From NCBI GenBank assembly GCA_043228905.1, contig JBHGNT010000006.1:14198001-14262000 (forward strand): DNA of 64,000 nt, read 5' to 3'. Positions 1 to 11,913 of this stretch are shown one piece after another (position 1 is the stretch's first letter; every line of letters begins with the position of its first letter). Source of the stretch: Azolla caroliniana. Taxonomy: Eukaryota > Plantae > Polypodiophyta. Position numbers and translations under genes: made by a program. The notes under the pieces are model-generated. The model saw nothing but the letters and a program-made list of their open reading frames with translations. It had not been told where the DNA came from and ran no database searches.

Positions 1-303
1 AAACAGAGGAAGTTGGACGTGAAAGCCGAGAAGTGTATCTTGGTCGGCTACTCGGACGAACAGAAGGGTTATAAGTGTTATAACCCTCGCACCAAACAAG
101 CGCGCGTCAGCCGTAACGTTGGGTTTGACAAGTCTGCGTCTTGGTACTTGCCTCCAACTCCGGACCTCACCTCCAATCCGAGTTCTGATGATGAGGTCAG
201 TGAGGCCGAGGTGCCTCCGAATGAGCCTGAAATCGGGACCCATGAAGAGAGTCCGATTTCGTTTCGGTTAAGCGGATCGGATGTACGACTAAGTTAGTTC
301 AAC
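1..303 (+). mobile_element. Ty1/Copia pol fragment (integrase C-terminus and linker), truncated
   Basis: ORF 13-297 KAEKCILVGYSDEQKGYKCYNPRTKQARVSRNVGFD is nearly identical to the Copia at 35867-36583. Similarity stops abruptly at about 303. Confidence 0.9.
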
Positions 304-1286
304 CTAGCTTTCTCAATGTTCTCTCAATAAATTCTTATATTTTGTTATTTCTTCATATGTTGTCCCACTCTTTGCTATGCTTTTTAAACTTGCGCATATA
401 GAACAAACACCCATCCGAACCTTGCGGGGTATGACCACATTGTTAAACTTCAATCTCCATAAACGATTAAAATGTTGATATTGTATGTAAGGTACACTTT
501 CCAATAACATGTCATCCTTATACACTTGGTATACCTCACGACGAGTGAAGTTATCTGACAAATGTAACCTTATAGTGGTGGGCATAACATCACATTGCTT
601 TGAGAAATATATCTCCATCCATCTAACAACATGTCACCCAAGTAGACCCTTACATGTCGATTTTGTATTGTTGAAAGGTACCCACCACCCTTTAAGTAAT
701 TGATGTTGAATTCTTTGTAGCCTCATGTTCCCGATACTATAGGCAATTTTAAAAGCAACTCGACAACTCTCACCTGCTGAGAACATGACACTACTAGATG
801 GTCCTTAACAAGTTGCATATTGGCAATCAAGAATGTATCTTGTTCGTCGTTATTGAGAGACAAATACTTTTGTCACAACCCCCGCAAGTTTGCCTTTCCA
901 AATTTTGATAGACAAAGGCTCCCACAACATACCTTGCATATATCAATTGCAATTTGGCGATCTGAACACATAAAATTATATCGTTTAACACTCACTTGTC
1001 GAGGAACTCTTCAAAAATTTAGAGGCTTGTTGACACATTCGTCGTCAACATTCGATAAACTAGACTCATCATGATTTGTATCTACTTTAATATTTCTTAT
1101 TTTACCTAAGTTAAAAGGCTCTATCGAAAAAAGTGACGTCGAACTTTGCTCTCGATCGTTGTTTGAGTTTATATGGCACCGTTTATTATTAACATGGTTA
1201 TATTCCTCGATTGAGAATAACGAGTCATCAGATAATTTAAAAGGGTGAATAGAAAACAGAGAATTTTTACTGAAGTTTGAGGACAT
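304..1286 (-). pseudogene. N-terminal half of a DUF7869/Sola-like DNA transposase, truncated by the Copia fragment
   Basis: Manual translation through stops and a frameshift: CKVCCGSLCLSKFGKANLRGL*QKYLSLNNDEQDTFL ... CRVAFKIAYSIGNMRLQRI ... VRWMEIYFSKQCDVMPTTIRLHL ... FNRLWRLKFNNVVIPRKVRMGVCSICASLK ... LLREH. This CC..C / C..AF / W..YF....D.MP / W...F..V.IP......C..C order precedes the catalytic domain in that group. The catalytic domain itself is absent. Confidence 0.7.
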
Positions 1287-1826
1287 TTTGAGTAAGGCTA
1301 ACTAAGATCATGGGAGTCCAAAATAGGCTCAAGTTTAGTTCTATAATAAGCACCATGTCCAAAAACATTTTCAAAAATTTGTTTTAAAGAAATTTAAAAA
1401 AATAAAAATAAAAAACAAAATTATATAAGGGAAAGTCATATTCTCATTGTCATTATCGTGTTCAAGCAACAAAAGAGCACAGCTACATAGAGCAACCAAG
1501 ACTTCCAGTTTTCGCCTCCCTAGTCAAATCGACACCAACGTCAACAACATGAACAAGGGTTGAAGCACGCTACGGTGTACCAAAAAAGTATTTTTTTTGG
1601 CCAAAAAAAACACGAGTATTGTTAGTACTGTTAGTACTAAGTGATTTTTAAAAAAAACGAAAATAATTAAAATCATTTTAGGGATTGGTATACATTGCAT
1701 TAAAGTCGGGGAATGGGTGGGGGGACAGTTGTTGCGTATTCAGGACTGTTTTGGGGGCTATTTCCCCCTCATGTTTAATTTAGGACACCACATTAAATCC
1801 TTTTGGTGCTTCTCCCAGGCGTCTCC

Positions 1827-1952
1827 TCTTCCGCCTTCCAACTGAAACAACGTAGGTCTTCACAACGCACTCTAGTCTTCCGCCTTCCAACTCAGGTCTT
1901 CACAGCGCTCTCTGGTCTTCCGCCTTCCAACTTAGGTCTTCACAGCGCACTC
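1827..1952 (+). repeat. About 40-bp tandem repeat x3 in the Sola2 5' region
   Basis: Unit tcttccgccttccaact(n)aggtcttcacagcgcactc recurs three times. Confidence 0.8.
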
Positions 1953-4776
1953 AAAATGTTGTTTTGTTGTTCTTTGCGTCACTCGTCTTCCCCATCTTCT
2001 CCTTCCATCGGTATGTCTTCTCCATCTTCTCTTTCACTTTGTATTTATGCGCCTATTTCTGTAAAGTGGTTATTTCTATACAGTATTGTTAATTGAATGT
2101 ATACTCTAGCAATCTTAAATTCGCACATATGAAGATTAGTGTTCAATAGGAACTTAAAATAATGTAAACAAGACATGATAGCATGAATCTGAAATATTTA
2201 CACCAGCCTTGTTAGCCAAATGGTTAAAACCTGCATATTTTACTGATCATTGTGGATGTTTTAATGATATAATGGATTAGCAACATCCAGGCTAGACATG
2301 TAAAATGACCAGCCAGGAGCATCAAAATATATAGTTTGAGTTGACATAAGTTATTCATCATGGAAAACGCTAAACATAAATTGTGTTTGTATGTTCTGGC
2401 AATCTTCAGGGGAGTCTTAAATTGATCCATGGTAAGGTTTTATATGGGTTGAAACATTTAACATGAATACCAATATGTTAATAAGGCTTGATAAACGGTT
2501 TGAAGAATCAGTGGATTTGAATTTCATTGATAGGGGCGTTTTTGATGGAAAAAGTAAATGAATGGTGTTTGTGTTATGAACTCATGCATAACATGAGTTA
2601 TGTTATACTTATCTTAGTCTTAAAGTCTAGTTAAGAAGACTTCATGATGTAAATAGTATGCATGCATCTCATCATCTTGTGAGTCACAAAACTTATGTAT
2701 TTCAAACAACAAGTTAATTGATGCAATTATTTCTTAAAAGTTAATTGTTTTGGAAAAGGAATATATGACTATGGCAAACTCTCAAATGTTTATCCGATTT
2801 CTTGTTGATGTTTATGTTATGGGGTATTAACTATGTTTATTTTACGATGTATTAAGCACTTATTCTGATTAATTAGGTCCTGAAATAACAAGAAATTAGG
2901 TGCTGGAATATATGAGAGTGACAATGGTCGTCGATGAGGAGAGCAAGGTGTCCCTTAGCAAATCTATGTCTGAGAGGAGCAAGAGACAAGTGGTTCTTCA
3001 CATAGTCCATTATTTACTAGAAGTAATTGAGAGATTTAGCTTGGAGGATCGTAGGGATATTATCTCTAGAGTGTTGCACCATCAACTTTTGAATGAAGAC
3101 ATGGAGAATATTAAGTTTAGGGACCAATGTGTTTTAGAGGAAATTCTAGAGTGTATGAAGTCATCCCTACACTTAGTGAAAGGGGTAGAGAGCATGGATA
3201 AGCTTCCAGGTGCAAAGAGAGCAGCCCTTCACATGGTTGTAAATGGTACAACGAAAAAAAGATATACTGATACTAAAGTTGCCTTAGCACTTGGTATCCA
3301 AAGAAGGAACTTGAGAAAGCATCGGACAAACATACAATCAAATCAATTTAAGTGGTTGGGGTTAGGCCGTAGACAACGATGTGATGCATTGTCTCATGAG
3401 ATTATTGAGGAAGTGGGTTCCTTTTGGGCAAAAAACACACGTCTCACCGAATAAAAAAGATGTATGTAGACAACGTATAAGTCGAGGTAGGTACCAGATT
3501 CACCCAAGACACTTCTTGGAGATGATTGAGGTAATTCAATTTTTTATCTATTTGGTCTTAAATATTTTGTTGTTTACTAAATGCTTCTATTAATGTTACC
3601 TATTTATTGAGTGATGTAGGTTGTTCATGAACTTCAAAGACCAACATCCTAGCATCAATCTTGGATTTCGCAAGTTCCAAGGTTTGAAACCATTTTTTGT
3701 TAGAAAGTTAAAGGAGAGGAACACATGTTGTTGTGTGTACCACATTAAAATGGACATGTTACGGCTTGGCGTTAACAGTATGCGTACTGATTCTAAAGGT
3801 ATACACAGGGATGGGTGTGTTTGCACTTGTGAGGTATGTAGACCAAATGGGAGTGGTAATAGATGTAATGCACGAAACATGACTTATGCAATAGTTTCTG
3901 AGTTATGGAGGTCTTTAGTTTGTGAAAAACAACCATCATCTGAGTGGCATAATCGTACATGTCTTGTTAGGACATGTAAGGTTTGCCCATAATCGTACAT
4001 GTCTTGTTAGGACATGTAAGGTTTGCCCACAATCGTTATTTTGTAGACAGGAGGTTGACGTGGATAACTGTCATATTGTGAAATGGAAATATTTAGAGTA
4101 TATGACAGAAAATATAAGTAAGGGTCTCATTAGTAAGCGTATCAAGGAAGTATATAAGGAAACATGTGTTGCTACCCTTGTCTCAGAGTTTAAGATGTAA
4201 CTCGGGGAGTTCATTCCACATAACTTTAGGAGTTATAGGCAAAATTCACAGTTCAAGGAATGTATAAATAACTTACCACCGGATGTTATGGTATCCGTTA
4301 TTGACTTTGCAGAGAACTATACCTTTAAAGTTCAAAATGAGGTTCAGTCAATGCATTGGTACAATGACCAATGTACAATACTTGTACATATTTGCTACTG
4401 GAGAAAAAATGGTGAGTTACATAAGAAATCAATATTCTATATTTCAGATGATAAAAAGCATGATACACTATTTGTTCAACATTGTTTTAAGCTTCACCAT
4501 GCAAATTTATTGTCCTTGGGTGTTAACTTTTATCGCCATTGGGTCTGATCTGATGGTGTTGCCTCGCAATTTAAGGCGGCTCGGTCCTTCCACTTCATTG
4601 CAAGGTAAGGAAATAATCCATATGATTGGTACTTATAACTGGAAGTCTATTTTGGTAATACTTCATAGTACATCATCTATTGCTTGAGTTTCCTACCAAT
4701 ACGAATATTATATGAACAGTCATAAAAAATGTTTGTATAGAATACAATTAGTAATTCTCCTACTACATGCACCAGT

Positions 4777-5231
4777 TATTATAGATCTAGGTACTAAAGT
4801 AAGCTTAAGATAAGGATAAAGAAATGAAAGATAGAAAGGAGAAAGAGAAAGAAGGGTGTCGATCCACCCGACCACCCCCGAGCGAAGGGATCGAGACGGA
4901 CTCGAGCCTCGATCGGCATCCCATACCACCGTCGTGGCGTCGAATCGTACCTGGCGCTGGCGCGCTCGCTACAAGAGTTGACCCACCACACGAGCAGAGT
5001 CTCGATGTAGTCAAAAGATGATCCAATGAGGGTAGATAGGCCTCTTATTTATAGCGATACCCAAGGCCCCCAGGCAAGTTCACACTTGACCTAATGGGTT
5101 GTCTCAATCCCGAGGATTAAAAGTAATCCTCCCCTTCTTTACACTCTTGTTTAACACTCACACTTATCCACGTGTATAGAATACTACGGTAAATTCTTAC
5201 CACGGGATATTATATGGTCATGCCCGTAACA
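4777..5231 (-). mobile_element. Solo LTR (455 bp) inside the transposase intron
   Basis: 5-bp TSD CCAGT at 4772-4776 and 5232-5236. Ends are TA(TG-derived)TTAT...GTAACA. TATA box ctataaata on the minus strand near 5050. Confidence 0.8.
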
Positions 5232-5610
5232 CCAGTACTGTCTTGAAATGTTTGTATAAAATGCAATTAGTAATTCTCCTACTACATGCACCAGTACTAT
5301 CTTGAAATGTTTGTATAAAATGCAATTAGTAATTCTCCTACTACATGCACCAGTACTGTCTTGAAATGTTTGTATAAAATGCAATTAGTAATTCTCCTAC
5401 TACATGCACCAGTACTGTCTTGAAATGTTTGTATAAAATGCAATTAGTAATTCTCCTACTACATGCACCAGTACTGTCTTGAAATGTTTGTATAAAATGC
5501 AATTAGTAATTCTCCTACTACATGCACCAGTACTGTCTTGAAATGTTTGTATAAAATGCAATTAGTAATTCTCCTACTACATGCACCAGTACTGTCTTGA
5601 AATGTTTGTA
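5232..5610 (+). repeat. 59-bp minisatellite, 6 full copies plus a partial
   Basis: Unit ccagtactgtcttgaaatgtttgtataaaatgcaattagtaattctcctactacatgca starts at 5232, 5291, 5350, 5409, 5468, 5527 and 5586. One more diverged unit lies left of the solo LTR (~4726-4776). Confidence 0.97.
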
Positions 5611-6440
5611 CTACTTATGGTGTAAGTCTTGTTTGTATGGTTCAAAGCCTTGAAAAGTATCCTTATTTTACAACTTAGTAGTATCATCCCACATGCACAA
5701 GTACTAACTACGGTTCAACGCCTTGTAAAGTACACTTATTTTACAACTTAGTACTATCATCCCACATGCACAAGTACTGACTATGTTTTACAACTTAGTA
5801 CTCAGATCCCACATTCACAAGTACTAATTGATAACTTTGTGGTGACATCCCACAAGCAGGAGTACTAATTTGTAACTTAGCATTGTCCTCTGTCGTGCAT
5901 TAGTACTAATGAATAACTTAGTACTATCTTCTTTCGGTCATTACTACTCATTTATAACTTTGTTCATTAGTACTAACTTTGTTCATTAGTACTAACTTTG
6001 TTCATTAGTACTAACTTTGTTCAGTAGTACTAATTATAGGATCGGTCTCTCTAGTGCATTAGTACTAAATAATAACTTAGTATTGTCCAACTTTGTTCAT
6101 TAACACAAGTTTATAACTTATGATTGTCATGGCCCATTAGTACAAACATTAGTACTAATTATTAGCATGATAACTATCCAACTATGTTCATTACTACTAA
6201 TTATTAACTTAGTACTGTCCAACTTTGTTCATTAAGACCAAGTTATAACTTAGGATTGTCCTCTCTCATGCATTAGTACTAATCAATAGCTTAGTACTAT
6301 CCTCTCTTGTTCATTTCTTTTAATTTATAACTTAGTATTGTCCTCTCTCGTTCATTTCTTTTAATTTATAACTTAGTACTGTCCTCTCTCGTTCATTTCT
6401 TTTAATTTATAACTTAGTATTGTCCTCTCTCGTGCATTAG
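5611..6440. repeat. Degenerate AGTACT-centred tandem repeats (19-bp and ~41-bp units)
   Basis: actttgttcattagtacta x3-4 at ~5957-6033; acttagtactgtcctctctcgttcatttcttttaatttata x3 at ~6290-6435; many TAGTACTA palindromes between them. Confidence 0.85.
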
Positions 6441-8152
6441 TGGAAATTTTGTTTTAAGTCATGTTAAGAGTTGTAAGCTCCAGTAATGCACTAACTTTGT
6501 TTGTTGGCTAACTGTCATGCAAAACACCCAAATACTTCTCATTGACATACATTAGGATGCAATGGAACTACTTCGAGTCTGGACATGGAAAAGGAGAGCA
6601 TGATGGCACGGGGGTTGTGATCAAGCGTGCTCTTACAAGTGAACAATTGGATAATAAAGGTGTGAAGTTACAAAATGCACATGATGTTGTGGAGTGGCTG
6701 ACATGGAAGATGCCAGATGATGGTAAGAATAGATTGTTTATTGAGGTTAGTGCTAATGAGATGGATAGGAGTAAATCATATGGTTGTAAAACTGTGAAAG
6801 GGACGTGCAAGACCTATTGTGTTTTAGGGCTTAGTCGCAGGGACACAACACAATTGTTATTCCGCAGTTTATTGTGCTTTCGTTCCATGTGTTTAGATGA
6901 AGCTTGGGATGAATGCACCAATCTATCAATTGTGGAGCCATGGAAGCTACAGAAGCTTGAGATTGAACAATGTGTGGATATCCAAGAAGATGAACATGCA
7001 GACAATATTGTATACTACAACCAGTGTGAGGACTTGGTAGTATTGTTGGAAGTTGGAGATCATTTTGCAGTGCTCAAATCTCCTCAAAATGAAGATTTTG
7101 AAGACTACTACATTGTGGTGTGCAAGCAAGGAAATAAAATATTGGAAGAAGTCGTGAGGGACGGTTGGGTAAACATGTTCAATGTTGGTGAGTGTGTCGT
7201 GTATGGCAACTACTATGCAAAGTGACCACAATTATGCAAGAACATGTATGCATTATTAAAAGATGCACCCACTGCAATAATCTATGTTGACGTTGTCATC
7301 GCAATCAAGTTCACTATGAGTCAAGCAAAGCACAAGGTTAAGGGATACAACACTGTCTACAAGGTCCCCAAAGAGGTTCACGAACATATATTGGGGGAGG
7401 TCTCCCTCTTTAATTCTTAGAATGGCAAGCATTGTTCATATGTAACATTCGCATGTCTTGTAAACTCTGGCCTACAAATGAATGGAAATATATCCTCTTT
7501 CGTTTTCTTATGAGTTTGCAATGACAAAGCTCTTAATCTCGGTGTTTTATTTAGATATGTATGTATCTTTTACATACAATTTATGGTGAAAAATATCTTT
7601 GGTTAGTACTAAAACTGTGTTAAGTGTTTCCTAACCTAGAGATATCTAAGATAGATGTGTTCATTCCACACATGTTTCTAGTGTGTGGTACACTCATGAG
7701 GGTGTGGTTGACTAGATGAGGGAACAGATTGAACATGTTAATTGCTAGTACTAATACAATGGTTCGTTCAAGTATACATACCATGTTCATATGCATTAAA
7801 ATATAGTACTAATATTGTGCTAAGTGTTTACTAACCTAGACATATCCAAGACAGGAGTGTCATATGTGTCCATAACAAGCGTCAATGTCATATGTCTGCA
7901 TAACAAGTGACATTCTTACTAAGATGAGACCTCAAATAGTATCAAATTCACATTCTTACAAATATATGTATCAAAGTTAGTACATTGCATATCAAGTTGG
8001 TACTAAATTAGTCACTAAGATGAGTACTCAAATAGTATCAAGTTCCAATTCAGGATAAGTAAACCAAAACAGTGTCAAGAAGCAGTTAATCAAAAACTTG
8101 CTCATATGGTAATCAATTACAAACAATGATCTAAATACAAAAAACTTTGTTT

Positions 8153-11100
8153 TTAGTTTTTTCTAGATCTTGTAATGTGCCTATTTTTTGTTACACTCTT
8201 CTCAGATTTCACACCCTTCTTCTTCTTCATCTTAAAGCCACGAGGTAGTCGACTACTGAGTGGCAGTTCATCATCGGAGGGGGGGGGGGGGAAGCTTGAG
8301 GGAATCTTGTTCTCTACTGCAACTGCCTGAGACGCACACACTTCCAAGAAGATATTGTCAATAGTATTAGCGTTAATCTGCTCTTCATGGGTAGAACCGG
8401 TGTTCTGCAGTAACACGGTATTCGTAGTACAAACATGTTCCTCTTCTTGGGTGGTTGCCATCTTCATTGCAAACTCCTCGTGATTGAAGCTAGACACCTG
8501 GTTCTTTGTACAGTCTTGTTCCAAGTGCAAGCTACTTGCGGTGTTTTGGTAAGGACATGTGATTCGTAGTACCACCTTGTTCCTCTTCTTGGGTGGTAGC
8601 TACAATCTCCTTATTGATATAGTCTTGCCCCATGTTTACGATACTATCAAAATTCTTCAGCTCCTCTTCTTGGGTGATTTCACATTCCTCATGTGTGGTG
8701 CTATGTGAGTCCGAAAAATCAAGATTGCTCCATAGACTGCCTGAATCATCTGATGCTATTTGGGAATCTCCATGTTCTTCTATTCCTAAATAACAAGAAC
8801 AATATCATTCACATTCTTACAAAGTGAAGGAACCTAGCCATATCAATTAACATACTAGATTAAGGGACAAACGTTTACCTATTGTTACATCTCCATCCGG
8901 GACTTTTGAAGATGAGTCTTTGCAGATGATTGTGTTTGTCATGTGTTGCAATACCTGGTTTGCATTGGTATCACACTCGTCATTATTGCTTGGGATGGTA
9001 CCAGTCTTAGGTTGGGGCTCTGAATCATGCCAAGATTTTACATCACTTTCTATATATTAATAGACCAAAACCATTATTGTCACTTGGGTGATATGGTCAA
9101 TATAACTATTATATAAGAGGGTTCACAACATGTACCTGCGAGGACGATAAATTCTTCTTCATGTTGTGGCTCTGAATCGGTATCTCCATTTTCATTAATC
9201 GTTTCTTCCTTGTCTAACAACAAAAGCATGTGGTCTTAGTTTAACTCATTAACTTTACAACTCTCAAAGTTTGTGAGAATTTGTATGACCCACCACTACA
9301 ATCAACTCTGCATTTCTTCCCCTTTCCATACAATTTCCTTGCAGCATTACGCTTCTTCGTAGGCTCTTTGATAGAAACATAAGAAATTAGAAGTATAGCA
9401 ACAATGCATTATTAAAAGTTCACACACAATTAGCATTACCGTTCACATAGTCAAGGGGAGCCGAGCTAGGAGAATTTGTTTGAAGCAACACGTCTTCAAC
9501 TGTTCCAATGGCCTTTCTCATACATTCATCTTCATCATAAATTTCCTCAGCTACCACTAAGGAATGACCATGGACTTTGGAATTTGCAGCAAACTCTGTA
9601 CTTAGTAGCGCGGGGGTTGGTTGGTCAATTACCTTCCCTGGTGTAGTGTTGCTTGATACTACACATTCATCTTATAATCAATCATTAGTTCTAACATGAA
9701 GACAATGTTACAAATATTATCAGTACTAAATCAAGTGGACATTTAAGACCTTCAGTACTAAAAAATCAATCTTGTTCCAACTGATCACCAAGGAATATGC
9801 ATGTAACAATAATATTAGTACTAAAAAAACAAATAGGAACTTGAGGACACAATACAGAACCATCTGGACATGTTGTGCCTATTTGTTCGGTTCTCCTATT
9901 TGTTAGTACACATACAAGTGATACAACTAAACATTTAAGACGTTCAGTACTAAATAATCAGTACTAAATCAACTCAGCACCAAAGGATACAATGTAATCA
10001 GTAAGTTAGTACTAAAACATCAATCAAGGAACTTGAGAGAACAATATTGAACCACCTGGACACAAAACGTACAATGTAATGGACAGTGTTAGTACTTATA
10101 CAAGTTATACAACCAATAAATTAAGACATTCAGTACTAAATAATTAGTACTGAATCAATTGATCACCAAGGAATACAATGTAATCAGTAATGTTAGTACT
10201 AAATCCTCTAACAGGGAACTTGAGGGCACATTACACAACCACCTAGACATGCATATTTCATGTAATGAACAATGTTAGTACTACAAAACCTAGACCTTCA
10301 TGCCTATTTGTTCGGTCATCTAGAGCCTAAGCCAAGTGGACATAGAAAGTACAATGTAATGAATAATGTTAGTGCACATGCAAGTTATAAAACTAAACAT
10401 TTAAGATCCTCGGTACTAAATAAGATTCACATTGTCAACTGATCACCAAGGAATACAATGTAATCAGTAATGTTAGTACTAAATCATGTAAAAATGATCA
10501 CCAAGGAACATTACTCATGGGTATAAGACTAGAACCAAATGTTAAAATTATAAAAGCATAGTATAAAAATTACGTATGTTCTTAATCACATACCATAGGA
10601 ATGTACTTTCAAACCCCAAGTTAAGTACCATTCGGCGCCAACTGTACTTTTACAGTGTAAACATATATTTTCTTTCTCAAAATGGTACTTAGCGCATAAA
10701 CAATGATATGTGTGCAAGCATGGTGTAATGATAGCATCCATGGCCTCAAACTTGAATCCAAGACCACAGAATACACACCTTCAAATACGAGAAACAACAT
10801 ACACTATATTAGCAACGATGATATTTTATACAATAGAAGGTCAACTTGTAAAAATATAAACCATTACCTTGATACAGTAATTCTTGTAATGGTACTTTCA
10901 CTACAAGTGGGATGCTCAACTACTTCTGGCCATAGAGGATCTAAACCTTTATCTTTTAGACCCTTCATCAAACATGTCAGGTTCTCAAAGTGACTTTTTA
11001 AGGCTGATAACTTATCATCAATTTCAGAACGAGATGACCTCCATGTCTCCAGATCTTTCTTCTGTTTTCCCAGTTGAGTGCCCATATTTGCCAGCTCCTT

Positions 11101-11913
11101 CTTCAACTCCTCTTTCAACACATCACTTTCAGAATGTTGGATTGTTGTCGTTATCCATTCGTATGTATTCGATATAGATGTGAATTGTTTCTCTACCGCC
11201 ATCTCATTAGATGAAACTTCTTCCAAATCGGTGAGCAGCACTTGCATTCTTGTTTGCATGGAAGCTATGCAACGCAACAATCGTTGTTCATGCTTTTCTG
11301 TCAGTGTAGCTCTTTCTTTTGCAATCTGTTTAGTTAACACAGATGTCCTAGCTGGGATTTCAATGTGAGAGGTACCCTTAGACTTCATAGTAGTGTTGGT
11401 ACTTGAGGACCCTCTGTAATGTGATGATTGATGATGAGCAAAATCTTCCCAATCAACTTCAATGCCACCATGGAGTTCACATGCAAATGCACGTGCAAAA
11501 ACAGTTCCTACCTCATTGTTTAGGATATGTTTTGTATCATAAACTTGTTCATATCGTGACTTTAGTTCAGTGATATAATCCTTCTTCAATTGAGTGAGGT
11601 GAAAACCTCTCCTTGTCTCCGGTTGTGATGAACCCCATGTTTTGATCATCCACATGTCTACGTCTTCATAAGTGTCAGGTCGGTTTAGGGTTTAGGGTTT
11701 AGGGTTTCTACCTCAAAGGATGTTTGTGAACATCTTCTTGCCCTGAGATGTTGACAACTTAAACCTCCCTCTAGTGGGGATCATCATACTTTCTTTGATG
11801 GGGATCCTTTTTCTTTCCGTGCATGGTGTGTTGACATTTTCTTTGACCATTTTCGTCTTCGTGGGTGTCTTCCTTGTCATTTGAGTCCTATCTCTCTTCT
11901 TCACCTCACACAC
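8153..11913 (-). pseudogene. Second, multi-exon gene of the Sola2 element (coiled-coil N-half, acidic/low-complexity C-half, basic tail); function unknown
   Basis: ORF 10864-11655 is predicted coiled-coil and has a splice donor at 10867. Further exon-like blocks at about 9690-9440, 9360-9290, 9210-9135, 9050-8878 and 8790-8153, the last ending KMKKKKGVKSEKSVTKNRHITRSRKN. Lies between the TIRs, convergent with the transposase. Confidence 0.6.
11684..11707 (+). repeat. Plant-type telomeric repeat (TTTAGGG)x3
   Basis: ggtttagggtttagggtttagggttt. Confidence 0.85.

Larger units (their letters stand above)
2900..7420 (+). pseudogene. Sola2-type DDD transposase (spliced, disrupted)
   Basis: Motifs LKPFFVRKLKERNTCCCVYH, VIDFAENYTFKVQNEVQSMHW, YISDDKKHDTLFVQHC, xSDGVASQFKA, and WNYFESGHGKGEHDGTGVVIKR. 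Intron donors at 3531 and 4605; a ~1.9-kb repeat-filled intron runs to about 6520. A 40-bp duplication (3948-3987/3988-4027) and several stops disrupt the frame. Confidence 0.88.

Noticed and set aside
5232-5610. CRISPR-like regular array
   Set aside because: Units are contiguous and near-identical with no unique spacers and no cas genes, in a eukaryotic intron. It is a minisatellite.
5232-10500. AGTACT (ScaI site) arrays as the target of the neighbouring methylase
   Set aside because: The motif belongs to the younger Sola2 insert, not to the MTase-bearing element. Nothing in the sequence links the enzyme to this site.
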